Positions 47,324 through 58,438 of a stretch of 64,000 bases of DNA are shown piece after piece. The notes beneath the pieces are model-generated. The model was not told where the DNA came from, made no database searches, and was given only the letters and a program-made list of their open reading frames with translations. How positions within the stretch are numbered: position 1 is the first letter of the stretch; the number at the start of each line of letters is the position of its first letter. The position numbers and the translations under genes are program-made. Source of the DNA: Nostoc sp. (GTDB lineage: Bacteria; Cyanobacteriota; Cyanobacteriia; Cyanobacteriales; Nostocaceae); assembly GCA_036918135.1 (NCBI GenBank), contig JBALDB010000011.1:232487-296486 (forward strand), written 5' to 3'.

Positions 47324-48736
47324 TCATCCCCTCCACTCCTGGGTTACTACGTTTGAATGCAACTCAGCCTCTTCCCACGGCGCAGGCTTGCGTATTTGCT
47401 CCCAAATCGGGCTATAAAGGGCTTCGTACAATTCCCGCGCCATCTCAATCATCCCTACATAACCTGCATAAGGATGGTGGCGTTCTTGGTTGATATCCAA
47501 AAAAGGAATCCGGGCTTTTAAGGCGGTGTATTGGTTACGACCTCCGGCAATCAACATATCTGCTTGAGTATCTCTCACTAGCTGTAACAATTCCTTAGCA
47601 TTGCCTTTCTCCAGCATGATGCCATCGTTACCCAGCAACTTCTTAATTTTAGCTTTATCTTCCTCAGTACTTTTTCTAGTACTGGTAGCAACAACTTCAA
47701 TACCCAAGTCTTTAGCAGCCGAGATAATCGACCAACTCTTAACACCACCAGTATACAATACAACCCGCTTACCTTTGAGTCGAGCGCGATAAGGAGCCAG
47801 TGCCAAATCTAGGGCAGCAGTTTCTTCGGCAATCAGCTTTTCTGTGCGTTTTTGTAAATCGGGGTCGCCTAATTTAGCAGCAATATTCCGCAGACAGCGA
47901 TTCATGTCATCGATGCCGTAGAAAGATTCTTCAATGTAAGGAATGCCGTAACGCTCATCCATCTTTCTCGCCATGTTCAGCAGCGCTCGCGAGCAGATCA
48001 TCACATTCAGCTTGGCACGGTGGGCATAGCGTATTTCATTGTAGCGAGCATCGCCCGTAATTTTGGACAAAATGCGGATGCCTAATTTTTCTAGGAGCGG
48101 CGTTACTCCCCACATTTCCCCGGCGATGTTGTATTCACCGATTAAGTTAATATCATAGGGCGTAGTGTATTCTGGTTCTGCTGTCCCGACAACATAATCC
48201 AACAAAGATTCACCGCCAAAACGGTTGCCCAGATTTTTACTGCCAATGAATCCTGGAGCAATTACCGGGATAACTGGAGTGCCAATTTTCTCGGCTGCAG
48301 CTTTGCAAACTGCATCAATATCATCGCCAATTAAAGCAGTCACGCAAGTAGCGTAGACAAACACCGCTGCTGGTTGGTAACGTTCGTGAAGTTCTAGAAT
48401 CGCTGTGTAAAGCTTTTTTTCGCCACCAAAAATGACATCATTTTCACTCAAGTCAGTGGTAAAGCCCATCTTGTAGAGTTGTGGCCCAGAGGAGAGACTA
48501 CCACGACTGCCCCAAGAATTACCAGCACAGGCTATAGGCCCGTGGACTAAATGAGCAGCATCAGCTATTGGGACTAGGGCAATCATTGCTCCATCAAAGG
48601 CACAGCCACCTTGAGCAGCGCCAGGTTGTGCCTGTTGGCTACAAGACTTATTTTTCTTTTCTGATTGTTTGTGCTGATTATGCTCGCATCCTGACTCAGT
48701 GAGCAGCTCGTTAATTTTGCCTTGGGTGCTTTTCAT
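47324..48736 (-). CDS. nifE: FeMo-co scaffold alpha subunit
   Basis: [24 protein letters not shown]; start MKSTQGKI with AGAG upstream. Confidence 0.96.
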   Translation of the reverse strand: MKSTQGKINELLTESGCEHNQHKQSEKKNKSCSQQAQPGAAQGGCAFDGAMIALVPIADAAHLVHGPIACAGNSWGSRGSLSSGPQLYKMGFTTDLSENDVIFGGEKKLYTAILELHERYQPAAVFVYATCVTALIGDDIDAVCKAAAEKIGTPVIPVIAPGFIGSKNLGNRFGGESLLDYVVGTAEPEYTTPYDINLIGEYNIAGEMWGVTPLLEKLGIRILSKITGDARYNEIRYAHRAKLNVMICSRALLNMARKMDERYGIPYIEESFYGIDDMNRCLRNIAAKLGDPDLQKRTEKLIAEETAALDLALAPYRARLKGKRVVLYTGGVKSWSIISAAKDLGIEVVATSTRKSTEEDKAKIKKLLGNDGIMLEKGNAKELLQLVRDTQADMLIAGGRNQYTALKARIPFLDINQERHHPYAGYVGMIEMARELYEALYSPIWEQIRKPAPWEEAELHSNVVTQEWRG

Positions 48737-48985
48737 CTCTCTTCTCTTATTGGATAGCAGTTTTTGTTTATCATTGGTCATTGGTCATTTGTTATTTGTC
48801 ATTTATCATTTGTCCTCTCTTACAAAGTTCTGTTCGCCCTTGGCGTTGCCGCAGGCATCCAAGGAAGCCTTGGCTCAGACTTTGCGCTTTGTCATTTGTT
48901 TTGAATAACTCGTAACTGACGAGCAATAACTAACAATTAATGACCAACGACTAATGACCAATGACCAATGACTAATGAGCAATAA

Positions 48986-49333
48986 CTAACAAATATATTT
49001 CATGACATCTTCTCCACATACATCTGTGAGGTAAGATAAAGCACGAAAACGCAATCCGACAAACTCATCATATAAAGGATTGAGTTTACACAATGGTGGA
49101 ATATCAATACACCGCCCAAATAATTTTATTTGGCGCTCAAAAGGACAACAACAGGGAATTGTTTGGCAAATTAAATGAGCAAGGCGATTATTTTTCACCT
49201 CAATTCCATCCACCACACGACGCAAAGGATTGAGGATATTGTTAAATACCCCGCGTTTTTTATAGTTAGGTGGATGGTAATTAGGATGAGGATGAGGATG
49301 AGTGTGCGTGTGAGTGTGATTGATAGTTTCCAT
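48986..49333 (-). CDS. Mo-dependent nitrogenase C-terminal domain protein
   Basis: IPCCCPFER, IPPLCKLNPLY, LRFRALSYL. Confidence 0.88.
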   Translation of the reverse strand: METINHTHTHTHPHPHPNYHPPNYKKRGVFNNILNPLRRVVDGIEVKNNRLAHLICQTIPCCCPFERQIKLFGRCIDIPPLCKLNPLYDEFVGLRFRALSYLTDVCGEDVMKYIC

Positions 49334-49488
49334 TGATTACATGCCTCAGGTAAATGCTAAATTCGGGAATGGGTATTGGGTACTGGGGAGCGGGTATTGG
49401 GTATTGGGAAGTAAATCCCCATCTCCCCAATGCCTAGTCCCCAGTCCCTAGCTACTAATCCCTAATAACTTGCGTTTTTGTGCAATTC

Positions 49489-51024
49489 CTAACGAATTAA
49501 GTCGTAGGAAATATCTGTTTTAGAAGGAATATTGGTGTTGCGATCGATTTCTTCAAACAGGGTATTTACAGTCCAGTTGAGGAGGTTGATCGCGCCTTGG
49601 TAACCAATGGTGGAGTAGCGGTGCAGGTGGTGACGATCCATGATGGGATAGCCGATTCTCACAAGGGGAATCTTGGTATCGCGCCACAGGTACTTACCGT
49701 AAGTGTTACCAACAAGGAAGTCTACGGGTTCGGTGAACAGCAAAGAACGCATGTGCCACAGGTCTTTACCAGGCCAAACAGTTGCATTCTTACCGAAGGG
49801 GCTAGAAGCAAGCAATTCTTTGATTTCTGCTTCAAATACTTCGTTACTGTTGTGAACCAAGATATGCACTGGTTCAGCACCCATTTCCAGCATAAAGCCA
49901 ACAACGCTGTATACTAAATCTGGTTCGCCGTAGATAGCGAAGCGCTTGCCGTGAATCCATGCATGGGAGTCAGTCATGGCATCAACTGCCTGACCGCGTT
50001 CAATTTCCAATTGTTCGGGAATGGGGATACCACTTAGTTCGCTGAGTTTCATCAAGAACTCATCAGTAGCTTTAATACCCCAAGGACGGGAAACTACGGT
50101 TGGTTGCTTCCACTCTTTTTCAATGTACTCGCGGGTCTTGACTGTGGAGTGTGATTGCAGGAATACTGTAGCTTTACCATTAATTGAATCTGCTGCATCT
50201 TCCAGCTTTGTACCACCCGGATACATATTGAACTCACCTGTGTTGGGTGAATCCAGGTAATCGCTGTTGTCAGCGAGAATGGTGTAGTCAAAGCCAAACA
50301 GGGAAGCAATCCGCTTCAGTTCCCGGTTATTGCCTACGTAGGTGTCAAAACCTGGAATGAAGTTGATTTTGCCGTTGCTGGTTTCTTTCTTATGACCTGC
50401 GGTCAAGTTAGAAAGAATTCCCTTCATCATGTTATCGTAACCAGTGATGTGGGAACCAACAAAGCTGGGGGTGTGAGCGTAAGGAACTGGGAAATCTTGA
50501 GGAACTGAACCTGCATTTTTAGCGTTGTTGATGAACGCTTGTAAGTCATCACCGATTACCTCTGCCATACAGGTGGTGCAGACAGCAATCATCTTGGGCT
50601 TGTAAAGTTGATAAGAGTTTGCCAAGCCGTCAATCATGTTTTGCAGTCCACCAAACACCGCTGCATCTTCAGTCATCGAAGAAGATACACCAGAAAATGG
50701 TTCTTTGTAGTGACGGGTTAAGTGGGTGCGGAAGTATGCAACGCAACCTTGGGAACCTTGAACAAAGGGCAGAGTGCCTTCAAATCCAACAGCAGCAAAG
50801 ATTGCTCCTAAAGGCTGGCAACCTTTAGCAGGGTTCACAGTTAGAGCTTCACGAGCGAAGTTCTTTTCACGATAATCCCAACCCTTCGTCCATTCTGCAA
50901 CCCGCTTTACTTCTTCGGGGTCGTGACCGTTTTCAAATTCTTTCTTGTTTTGGAATAATTGTTGGTATTCTGGCTGGTGAAATAGCTCTACGTGGTCTTG
51001 AATTTTGTCTGGATTCTGAGGCAT
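49489..51024 (-). CDS. nifK: Nitrogenase MoFe protein beta chain
   Basis: [27 protein letters not shown]. Confidence 0.98.
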   Translation of the reverse strand: MPQNPDKIQDHVELFHQPEYQQLFQNKKEFENGHDPEEVKRVAEWTKGWDYREKNFAREALTVNPAKGCQPLGAIFAAVGFEGTLPFVQGSQGCVAYFRTHLTRHYKEPFSGVSSSMTEDAAVFGGLQNMIDGLANSYQLYKPKMIAVCTTCMAEVIGDDLQAFINNAKNAGSVPQDFPVPYAHTPSFVGSHITGYDNMMKGILSNLTAGHKKETSNGKINFIPGFDTYVGNNRELKRIASLFGFDYTILADNSDYLDSPNTGEFNMYPGGTKLEDAADSINGKATVFLQSHSTVKTREYIEKEWKQPTVVSRPWGIKATDEFLMKLSELSGIPIPEQLEIERGQAVDAMTDSHAWIHGKRFAIYGEPDLVYSVVGFMLEMGAEPVHILVHNSNEVFEAEIKELLASSPFGKNATVWPGKDLWHMRSLLFTEPVDFLVGNTYGKYLWRDTKIPLVRIGYPIMDRHHLHRYSTIGYQGAINLLNWTVNTLFEEIDRNTNIPSKTDISYDLIR

Positions 51025-51288
51025 TTGTGATCTCCAAGCTTGCTGAGGTCGGTACTAGTCGAGGAATGAGAACTCTTGGAGTGAGAAGCCACTGCGGTCT
51101 TGGGGTCTCCCCAAATAAAGCAAGTAGCGTTAGGGAGTAAGAAGTAGGGAGTGGGAATATAACTCAAAATTCAGAATGCAAAAATCAAAATTCACTTTTA
51201 ATTTTTTAATTTTGAATTTTGAATTCCCAACTCCCCCCTGGGGTTTTTACCCCAGGCTATCTTTACTCAATTTCTCTCTCCCACTTTA

Positions 51289-51439
51289 CTAGGCAGTAAC
51301 TTTAGCTGTAGTTTTAGCTTCTGCTTTTTTGCTCCAGGGAGCGCCAATTAATCCCCAGGTTGGGCTGTTGAGTGCCAAATCCATATCGCGAGCGAAGATA
51401 GCAAAGCCATCATAACCGTGATAAGGGCCGGAGTAATCC
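51289..51439 (-). CDS. nifD: 3' segment of nitrogenase MoFe alpha chain, split by the excision element
   Basis: [28 protein letters not shown]; homology starts exactly at the recombination site. Confidence 0.96.
51429..51439 (-). other. XisA recombination site (nifK-proximal 11-bp direct repeat)
   Basis: GGATTACTCCG on minus strand, the repeat described for the Anabaena PCC 7120 nifD element. Confidence 0.93.
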
Positions 51440-51487
51440 TTTTTATGATTTAATTCTTTTAGAGAGCTTAACGTTTGCAATGAGCAA

Positions 51488-51518
51488 TGTCAGAATTAAA
51501 CATTGTTTGCTGATAACA
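51488..51518. promoter_or_regulatory. Two adjacent TGT-N9-ACA motifs, candidate NtcA (VF1/BifA) sites
   Basis: tgt-cagaattaa-aca (51488-51502) and tgt-ttgctgata-aca (51504-51518) between recombination site and xisA. Confidence 0.65.
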
Positions 51519-51577
51519 CATTTATTTTTAGGCTAAATATAAGCTAAAAGAGAATTTGTAATTCGTAATTTTTAGTT

Positions 51578-51690
51578 AGGCGTTGCTGATTCAAAATATG
51601 AGTTTAACTCACGCACAGTCGCTCCAGTCGCAGAGGGTAAGAGTTGAGAAGAGTCGATTTTTAAATCTCATATTCAAATTCAGCAACCCT
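51578..51690. mobile_element. MITE-like element upstream of xisA
   Basis: Imperfect TIRs aggcgttgctga..aatatgag / ctcatatt..tcagcaaccct. Confidence 0.65.
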
Positions 51691-51807
51691 TGTAATTAAG
51701 AGTCCTAATTATGAATTAGTAATTCTTTTGCAGGTTTTGAGCCAGTTTCTTCTAGCGATCGCACTTTTCTTGGCTCAAGTCTGCAATCACAGCAGCAAAG
51801 AGAACAC

Positions 51808-53127
51808 ATGAAAACAAAAGTCTTACTGGAATTAGAAAAAGTAAATCTGCGTTTGAAATCTGCGAAAATAAAAGTCACAATTAGAGAATCGAATGGAAGT
51901 CTGCAATTACGCGCTACGTTACCAATTAAACCAGGAGACAAGGACAAAAACGGCACTGGTAGAAAGCAATACAATCTCAGCTTGAATATTCCTGCAAATT
52001 TAGATGGATTAAAGACGGCTGAGGAAGAAGCTTATGAATTAGGAAAGTTAATTGCTCGTAAAACCTTTGAATGGAATCATAAATATTTATGTAATGAGGC
52101 AATTAAAAAGGATTTTCAAACAATTGGAGAATTACTTGAAAAGTTTGAAGATGAGTATTTTAAAACTCACAAACGCACGACAAAAAGCGAACATACTTTT
52201 TTTTATTATTTTTCCCGAACCAAGCGATTTACTAATCCTACAGATTTAGCAACTGTGGAAAATTTGATAAGTGTAATTGAAAAAATAGATAAGGAATGGG
52301 CTAAGTATAATGCAGCTAGAGCGATCGCTGCATTTTGCCAAGCATTCAAAATCGAAATTGATTTATCTAAATATTCCAAAATGCCAGAGAAGAATTCCCG
52401 CAATATACCAAGCGATGCGGAAATAACTGAGGGGATTAGTAAGTTTGAAGAATATTTAAATACTAGAGGCAATCAAGTTAATCAAAATGTTCGAGATAGT
52501 TGGCAACTTTGGCAATGGACTTATGGAATGTTAGCAGTTTTTGGTTTGCGACCACGCGAGCTTTTTACTAATCCTGACATCGATTGGTGGTTAAGTCAAG
52601 AAAATGAAGATTTGACATGGAAAGTTAATAAAGATTGCAAGACTGGTGAGAGGGAAGCTTTACCGTTACATAAGCAATGGATTGAAGAATTCGATTTAAA
52701 AAACTCAAAATATTTAGAAATGTTGGCAACGGCAATTAGTAAAAAAGATAATACTAATTATGCAGAAATTACGGCTTTAACACAGCGAGTTAGTTGGTGG
52801 TTTCGGAAAATAGGATTAGATTTTAAGCCCTATGATTTACGTCATGCTTGGGCAATTCGGGCACATATTTTAGGCATACCAATTAAAGCAGCAGCGGATA
52901 ACTTGGGGCATAGCGTACAAGTTCACACACAAACTTATCAGCGTTGGTTCTCGCTGGATATGCGAAAGTTAGCGATTAATCAGGCTTTGAGTAAGAGAAA
53001 TGAAGTTGAATTGATTAGGGAAGAGAATGCTAAATTAAGGATGGAGAATGAGATGTTGAAGTTGAATATTGAAAAATTGAAGATAGAGTTAGTTTATAAA
53101 CTTGAGGAACGAGAGGAGATTCAATAG
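51808..53127 (+). CDS. xisA: nifD element excisionase (tyrosine recombinase)
   Basis: LQLRATLPIKPGD, FGLRPRE, YDLRHAWAIR, LGHS, TYQRW; position next to nifD site. Confidence 0.95.
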   Translation: MKTKVLLELEKVNLRLKSAKIKVTIRESNGSLQLRATLPIKPGDKDKNGTGRKQYNLSLNIPANLDGLKTAEEEAYELGKLIARKTFEWNHKYLCNEAIKKDFQTIGELLEKFEDEYFKTHKRTTKSEHTFFYYFSRTKRFTNPTDLATVENLISVIEKIDKEWAKYNAARAIAAFCQAFKIEIDLSKYSKMPEKNSRNIPSDAEITEGISKFEEYLNTRGNQVNQNVRDSWQLWQWTYGMLAVFGLRPRELFTNPDIDWWLSQENEDLTWKVNKDCKTGEREALPLHKQWIEEFDLKNSKYLEMLATAISKKDNTNYAEITALTQRVSWWFRKIGLDFKPYDLRHAWAIRAHILGIPIKAAADNLGHSVQVHTQTYQRWFSLDMRKLAINQALSKRNEVELIREENAKLRMENEMLKLNIEKLKIELVYKLEEREEIQ

Positions 53128-53225
53128 CTTACTTACTAGATACAAATGCGTGTATCAAAATTCTGAATTTATCAAATTTACCTGTCCCATAAAAAACTAT
53201 ATTAAAGGAAGAATCATTCAAAATT

Positions 53226-53489
53226 ATGGCAATAGAAACTCTGAACCAAATACTTAAACAACTTGAGACACTCGAAATAACAGAGCTTCAACAACTTAAT
53301 CGGGCAATTCAAAATTGTCTTATTCATAAGGAGGAAAATTTCAAGCAAGCAGCATTTCATCAAGCTCTAATTGATTCTGGCTTAGTAAAGCAGATTAAAC
53401 CTTTTGCCTACGAACCAATAACTGAACGAAGACTAATTCAGGTTGAGGGAAAGTCTGTTTCTGAAACTATCATTGAGGAACGCCGTTAG
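53226..53489 (+). CDS. Antitoxin-like protein
   Basis: C-terminal GKSVSETIIEERR, abuts PIN gene. Confidence 0.75.
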   Translation: MAIETLNQILKQLETLEITELQQLNRAIQNCLIHKEENFKQAAFHQALIDSGLVKQIKPFAYEPITERRLIQVEGKSVSETIIEERR

Positions 53490-54008
53490 ATGGCAATTTA
53501 CTTCATAGATAGTAGCGCATTAGTTAAGCGTTATATAAGTGAAACTGGATCGGCTTGGGTCTTGGAGTTATTCGATCCAACTCTCAACAATGAGATATTT
53601 ATTGCTGCAATAACTGGTGTAGAAATTATAGCAGCAATTACAAGGCGATCGCGCAGTGGAAGTATTAGCATTACAGATGCAACAATAACACGCAATCAAT
53701 TCAGAAGGGATTTACAAAAAGACTACCAAATCATTGAAATCACAGAAAGCGTAATTAATTATGGAATGGCATTGTCGGAAATTTATGGTTTACGAGGTTA
53801 TGACGCTATCCAACTAGCAGCTGGTCGTGCAGTTAATACCCTTTGCATCGCCAATGGATTACCTTCTATTACCTTTGTGTCCGCAGATAATAAGTATCAC
53901 GATCGCATCTCTAATGTAGGGTGTGTTGTCGCAAAGCGCAACGCACCTTCATTGTATCAGCAGGCGATCGCATCCCTCCCATATTTATCGCAAAGCAATG
54001 CAGCATAA
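53490..54008 (+). CDS. VapC-type PIN toxin, C-terminus probably replaced
   Basis: YFIDSSALVKRY, LRGYDAIQLA, FVSAD then reads into REP-like DNA. Confidence 0.8.
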   Translation: MAIYFIDSSALVKRYISETGSAWVLELFDPTLNNEIFIAAITGVEIIAAITRRSRSGSISITDATITRNQFRRDLQKDYQIIEITESVINYGMALSEIYGLRGYDAIQLAAGRAVNTLCIANGLPSITFVSADNKYHDRISNVGCVVAKRNAPSLYQQAIASLPYLSQSNAA

Positions 54009-54049
54009 TCATAGTTCGGTATCATAAGGTTATTGGGTTCTAGTTGTGT

Positions 54050-54467
54050 GTGTCTGCAAAAGACATTTTTCATGAAGCCGTCAAACGGGGACTGCAAAAA
54101 GAAGGGTGGATAGTTACGCACGATCCGCTAGTTATTAAGTATTGGCAAAGATAAAATGTCAATCGATTTAGGTGCGGAACAAATCTTAGCAGCTGAGCGA
54201 GGAACAGAGAAAATTGCTGTTGAAATCAAAAGTTTTTTAGAGGATTCAGAACTGTTTGACTACCATGCAGCTTTAGGGCAGTTTCTCAATTATCGATTAG
54301 CTTTGCGACTTAGGGAACCTGAGAGAGTTTTGTTTCTAGCAGTTTCAGTGTCAACGTATAAATCGCTATTTAGCAGGGACTTTGCCCAAACTTCAGTACA
54401 AGAGTATCAAGTTAAATTAATAGTTTACGATCCAAATGATGAGGTGATTGTGCAATGGCAAAGCTAG
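54050..54467 (+). pseudogene. xisH: XisH-family protein, +1 frameshift near 54143
   Basis: GTG-SAKDIFHEAVK..GWIVTHDPL in one frame; IDLGAE, KIAVEIKSF, ALGQFLNYR in the next. Confidence 0.85.
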
Positions 54468-54790
54468 ACCAATATCGTGAATATATTCAAAACTTATTAA
54501 CTAAATATGCTAGTTACCAGCCTTCAGAAGAAGATATTGAAATTCAATTGATATTCGATACGACACGAGACCATTATCAGATTTTAGAGATTGGTTGGGA
54601 TGGATATAACCGAATTTATAATTGTGTGATACATCTTGATATCAAAGATGAAAAAATATGGATTCAGTGTAATATGACAGATATCCAAATTGCCCAAGAG
54701 TTGGCTGAAATGGGAGTACCCAGACAGAATATTGTTTTGGGGCTACAGCCATATTACCTGCGTCAATATACGCAATATGGCGTAGCGTGA
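54455..54790 (+). CDS. xisI: XisI-family protein
   Basis: IFDTTRDHYQ, HLDIKDEKIWIQ, YGVA. Confidence 0.9.
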   Translation: MAKLDQYREYIQNLLTKYASYQPSEEDIEIQLIFDTTRDHYQILEIGWDGYNRIYNCVIHLDIKDEKIWIQCNMTDIQIAQELAEMGVPRQNIVLGLQPYYLRQYTQYGVA

Positions 54791-54850
54791 GAGAATAAGC
54801 GCGATCGCATATCCTCTAATCTAGGGCACGTTGGGCTGCGCGACAGCTTG

Positions 54851-55040
54851 CTTCTAAATCAAGTTTTAGACTTCTAAATCAAGTTTTGGACTTCTAAATC
54901 AAGTTTTGAACTTCTAAATCAAGTTTTGAACTTCTAAATCAAGTTTTAAACTTCTAAATCAAGTTTTGAACTTCTAAATCAAGTTTTGGACTTCTAAATC
55001 AAGTTTTGAACTTCTAAATCAAGTTTTGAACTCGTAAATC
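54851..55040. repeat. 20-bp tandem repeat x9 plus partial
   Basis: cttctaaatcaagttttRRa. Confidence 0.95.
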
Positions 55041-55221
55041 TGTTAATTTTAACAAATTTCAGCAAATATACCTGCATTTATGCTGTCTATGAATGTTCGA
55101 TAAATTCTGTAGCTTTACTCAAGCTGGTACATCAGCTTATTACGTAATTTAGTGATATATAAAGAACTCAGTGTAAAATTCATCAGAGTTCTCTATAAAT
55201 TAATTCAAAAAGGAAAACTTT

Positions 55222-55590
55222 ATGCCGCAACGCAGACGAAACTCGCTTGCACTGACGAAAGCTGAACGACGGATTGAAGGAATGCAGACAATTAAGCCTG
55301 ACTTAGATTTTGGTAATGGGTTATCAATTGCTACTTACAATAGTATGATTCAAGACTTACGAGAGAAGCTAGCTGCTCATAATCAAGCACGAACGATGAT
55401 GGATAAAACACAGAATGCAGTAGAAGAAGCTGAACGTGTGCTGAATGATTATTCTGAGCATATGCTACTGAGTGTTGCGTCTCGCTATGGCAAAAATAGT
55501 GATGAGTATGGAATGGCTGGTGGAACGCGTAAGTCTGAGCGAAAGAAACCACGCTCTGTGGTAAACATAACAGTGAAGTCTGCGGAGTGA
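55222..55590 (+). CDS. Small basic helical hypothetical protein, paralog A
   Basis: AAGGA RBS; LDFGNGL, RYGKNSDEYGMAGG. Confidence 0.85.
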   Translation: MPQRRRNSLALTKAERRIEGMQTIKPDLDFGNGLSIATYNSMIQDLREKLAAHNQARTMMDKTQNAVEEAERVLNDYSEHMLLSVASRYGKNSDEYGMAGGTRKSERKKPRSVVNITVKSAE

Positions 55591-55651
55591 TTTATATAAA
55601 AAGTCTGTTTATGAATAATCACAAACAGACTAGACTTTTTCGGAGTTAAAA

Positions 55652-56191
55652 TTAAGCTTGCTCCCAAAGCTGACGTACATAGTCAGGTAGCCAGCTAGCA
55701 ATTTCCTGAATCCGCTCTTGGGAAAGTTCTTCTTTGGTGGCAGAAAACACTGCTTTAACCGCTTGTTCTCGGTCAACTGTTTCTGGCTTCCCACCTTCAT
55801 TAGCAACTCGGAACAGGAAGCGGTCAGAATCGATATTGAAGATACCTGCGCCTTTCCAAGGTGGACGAACCTTGCTCAAAAATCCCACAATTGGATTGGT
55901 GTCTTTCCAGAGATCGGCGACTTCAAACTGGAGTGCTTTCTCTTTAGTAGGCACAGCTTCTGTATGCAGTTCTCCCTCAACGCGATCGCTCGCTTCTGTG
56001 CTCATTACGTCACGCATGACGCGAAACACAACTTCAGTAAAGTCTCTAGCATCATAAATGTCTGCAAATCCGCCTTTGACCAGCACTTTTTCTAGGAATG
56101 AGCGATGCTCGTCGGCGATCGCAGTTCGAGTGTCTTCTATCTCGGTTGGATCAATTTCTGGAATTTCTGTTCTAAAAGCTTCATCTGGCAT
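55652..56191 (-). CDS. DUF2267-like protein
   Basis: AVKAVFSATKEELS...WLP...LWEQA. Confidence 0.7.
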   Translation of the reverse strand: MPDEAFRTEIPEIDPTEIEDTRTAIADEHRSFLEKVLVKGGFADIYDARDFTEVVFRVMRDVMSTEASDRVEGELHTEAVPTKEKALQFEVADLWKDTNPIVGFLSKVRPPWKGAGIFNIDSDRFLFRVANEGGKPETVDREQAVKAVFSATKEELSQERIQEIASWLPDYVRQLWEQA

Positions 56192-56453
56192 AATTTTTTG
56201 TTCTTGTTTCTTAATCTTGAGTCTTTATGCTTACCTCTGTAAGGTCTCACAAATCAAAAACACTTAGTATCATCCAGAAGTTCGAGATGTTGTCTGTCCA
56301 AAAGTTATAAATTCAGCGTCGAATAACAACACTTATCATAATTTGTCACTCCTACCTAAACGCCAAAAAAATTAGCTTATCGAAATACATCTGCTATCCG
56401 TATCGAAAAATAGTCAAAATAGATAAGTTGATATCAATTCATTAAAAACAAAG

Positions 56454-57251
56454 ATGGCAGAAAAAACAAACATCGAAATTAATACTACAAAAGTCAAAAT
56501 ACCTAACAATGACTTAGAAATCGATGCTTACTTAGCTCAACCAGCACATCAGGGAACCTTTGCTGCCGTTATCGTTTTTCCAGAAATTTTTGGAATCAAC
56601 ACTAACATTCGAGATATCACCGAACTAATAGCGAAACAAGGTTATGTAGCAATAGCTCCTGCAATGTATCAACGTATTGCTCCCGGTTTTGAGGCTGACT
56701 TTAGCTCTGAAGATGTTGGCTATAGTCCAGAAGCCTATCGCCTGGGCTTGCAATACTATCAACAAGTAAAATATCAAGAGATATTCACTGATATTCAAGC
56801 TACCATTACTTACCTGAAAACTTTACCTCATGTCAAAAATGATGCCACCGGTGCCATTGGTTTTTGTTTTGGCGGTCATGTTGCTTACATAGCTGCAACC
56901 TTACCTGATATCAAAGCAACCGCTTCGTTCTACGGTGGTGGGATTACCACTTCTAGTTATGGTGAAGAAACACCAACTATTAATCGCACCTCAGAAATTA
57001 AAGGTACTATTTATGCCTTTTTTGGTACAAGAGATACATTAGTTTCCCCAGAAGAAAACAAGCAAATTGAGGCAGAATTCCAGAAAAATCACATAAATCA
57101 TCGTGTATTTCGATACGATGCTGGACACGGATTCTTCGCTGGATTCTTTGTAGATAAGTACCCATTTTTAGCCCAGCACCCAAGTTACAATCCCTCAGCT
57201 GCTCCTGATGCTTGGCAACATGTTCTAGAACTATTTCAAAATCACTTGTAA
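56454..57251 (+). CDS. Dienelactone hydrolase family protein
   Basis: EIFG, GFCFGG, AGHGFF. Confidence 0.9.
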   Translation: MAEKTNIEINTTKVKIPNNDLEIDAYLAQPAHQGTFAAVIVFPEIFGINTNIRDITELIAKQGYVAIAPAMYQRIAPGFEADFSSEDVGYSPEAYRLGLQYYQQVKYQEIFTDIQATITYLKTLPHVKNDATGAIGFCFGGHVAYIAATLPDIKATASFYGGGITTSSYGEETPTINRTSEIKGTIYAFFGTRDTLVSPEENKQIEAEFQKNHINHRVFRYDAGHGFFAGFFVDKYPFLAQHPSYNPSAAPDAWQHVLELFQNHL

Positions 57252-57444
57252 AATGTAGTAATTCAGGAGTAAGGAGCAGAGCCAGACGCTCGCAGACACG
57301 GCAAATCGCTACTCCTATCACCGAAAGCCGATGAGCCGTGAACTTTGTCCCTTGTAATTCTAAATAACCAAGGATAAGTTACCAAGGACGACCATAACGA
57401 GAATTTTCACAATTTTAATAGAATTGCTATTGTATTTTGCACTC

Positions 57445-57562
57445 ATATCATGTCCGCTCAAATAAGCGTCATTGCGATCGTAGAGAAGCAATCCCAAAAG
57501 CGTTGTGATTGCCTCGTTTAACTCGCAATGACATTTAACGGCTGATTTGCCGAACATCATCT
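57445..57562. mobile_element. MITE-like element, copy 2
   Basis: Homologous to 15169-15284; internal gtcattgcga...tcgcaatgac palindrome. Confidence 0.7.
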
Positions 57563-57581
57563 AACTACAATACTGTTGCTT

Positions 57582-58229
57582 TTAAGCTTTTGAATTTTTC
57601 AGCAGTAGTTGACAACCACATGAGAACGGGTTTGGACTTTCTATGCGGTTGTCCACCAGCACTTCAATGCTCAGCTTACTGTTGTAAATCAATTCGTCAT
57701 AATCCATTAAGGCATTCCACTTAATTTTGTCAGTCGGGAAGCCTAGTTGTGAAGCTCCATCGGATATTAACTCTTGCCATTTGGCAACCTCTGGATCTCG
57801 TGATTTGCAGTAATCGAGTATCGCAATCAATGCACCAGGCTTGGTAACTCGTAAAATCTCCTCCATAGCACGAACGGGATCGTCAATGACACACAGCGTA
57901 AATCCTGAGGCTGCTGCATCAAAGCTATGATCGGGAAAATCAAGATTGCAGATATCCGAAATTTTGAAGGTGATGTCTGCGGATACCTGCTTTTTACGTG
58001 CTTCATCCAGCATCTTATGAGAAAGATCGATACCGACGACATGCACCCCTTGAGGATAAGCTGGAAGATTAAGACCCGTTCCCACCGCAGCATCCAGTAC
58101 GGTTTGTCCTGGCTGAAGCTGCAAAGAAGCAATTAGCGGTTCGCGCTCAATATGCCAGTAGCGTTTCATAATTGCGTCATAATCGACTGCACCGCGATCG
58201 TAAGTTTCGATTACCTGATTTATCTGCAT
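57582..58229 (-). CDS. Class I SAM-dependent methyltransferase
   Basis: VLDAAVGTG, GIDLS, LRVTKPG; probable start MQINQVIETY. Confidence 0.88.
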   Translation of the reverse strand: MQINQVIETYDRGAVDYDAIMKRYWHIEREPLIASLQLQPGQTVLDAAVGTGLNLPAYPQGVHVVGIDLSHKMLDEARKKQVSADITFKISDICNLDFPDHSFDAAASGFTLCVIDDPVRAMEEILRVTKPGALIAILDYCKSRDPEVAKWQELISDGASQLGFPTDKIKWNALMDYDELIYNSKLSIEVLVDNRIESPNPFSCGCQLLLKNSKA

Positions 58230-58244
58230 AGCTCTCGTAACAAA

Positions 58245-58372
58245 TATAGGACTCATATTTGATTGCGTGAAAAAACTCAGTACACTTTTTATCCTTCTTC
58301 CCCGTTCCCTGTTGCCTGTTTCCTGTTCCCTGCCTACGCAAATAATTTCAGGAATCAAAGCGGATTCCTATA
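58245..58372. mobile_element. MITE-like element
   Basis: TIRs tataggactcatatttgatt / aatcaaagcggattcctata with internal heptamer repeats. Confidence 0.7.
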
Positions 58373-58438
58373 AAACTACTTACTTTAACTAATCTCAGGA
58401 CTTAGGTAACTAGGAGATAAAATTTGTCTGCTGGCGAT

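Noticed and set aside
48770..49460. Heptamer tracts as a novel repeat system
   Set aside because: Ordinary STRR repeats of heterocystous cyanobacteria.
46157..50828. Short antisense ORFs across nifN/E/K (and similar ones in other genes)
   Set aside because: Shadow ORFs of well-supported genes.
51440..51480. N-terminus of the 63-aa ORF as an independent gene
   Set aside because: Element DNA read in frame into the nifD 3' segment.
54851..55040. CRISPR array
   Set aside because: Units are contiguous with no unique spacers; no cas genes in the window.
58230..58358. N-terminal extension of the methyltransferase
   Set aside because: Derived from a MITE; true start probably 58229.
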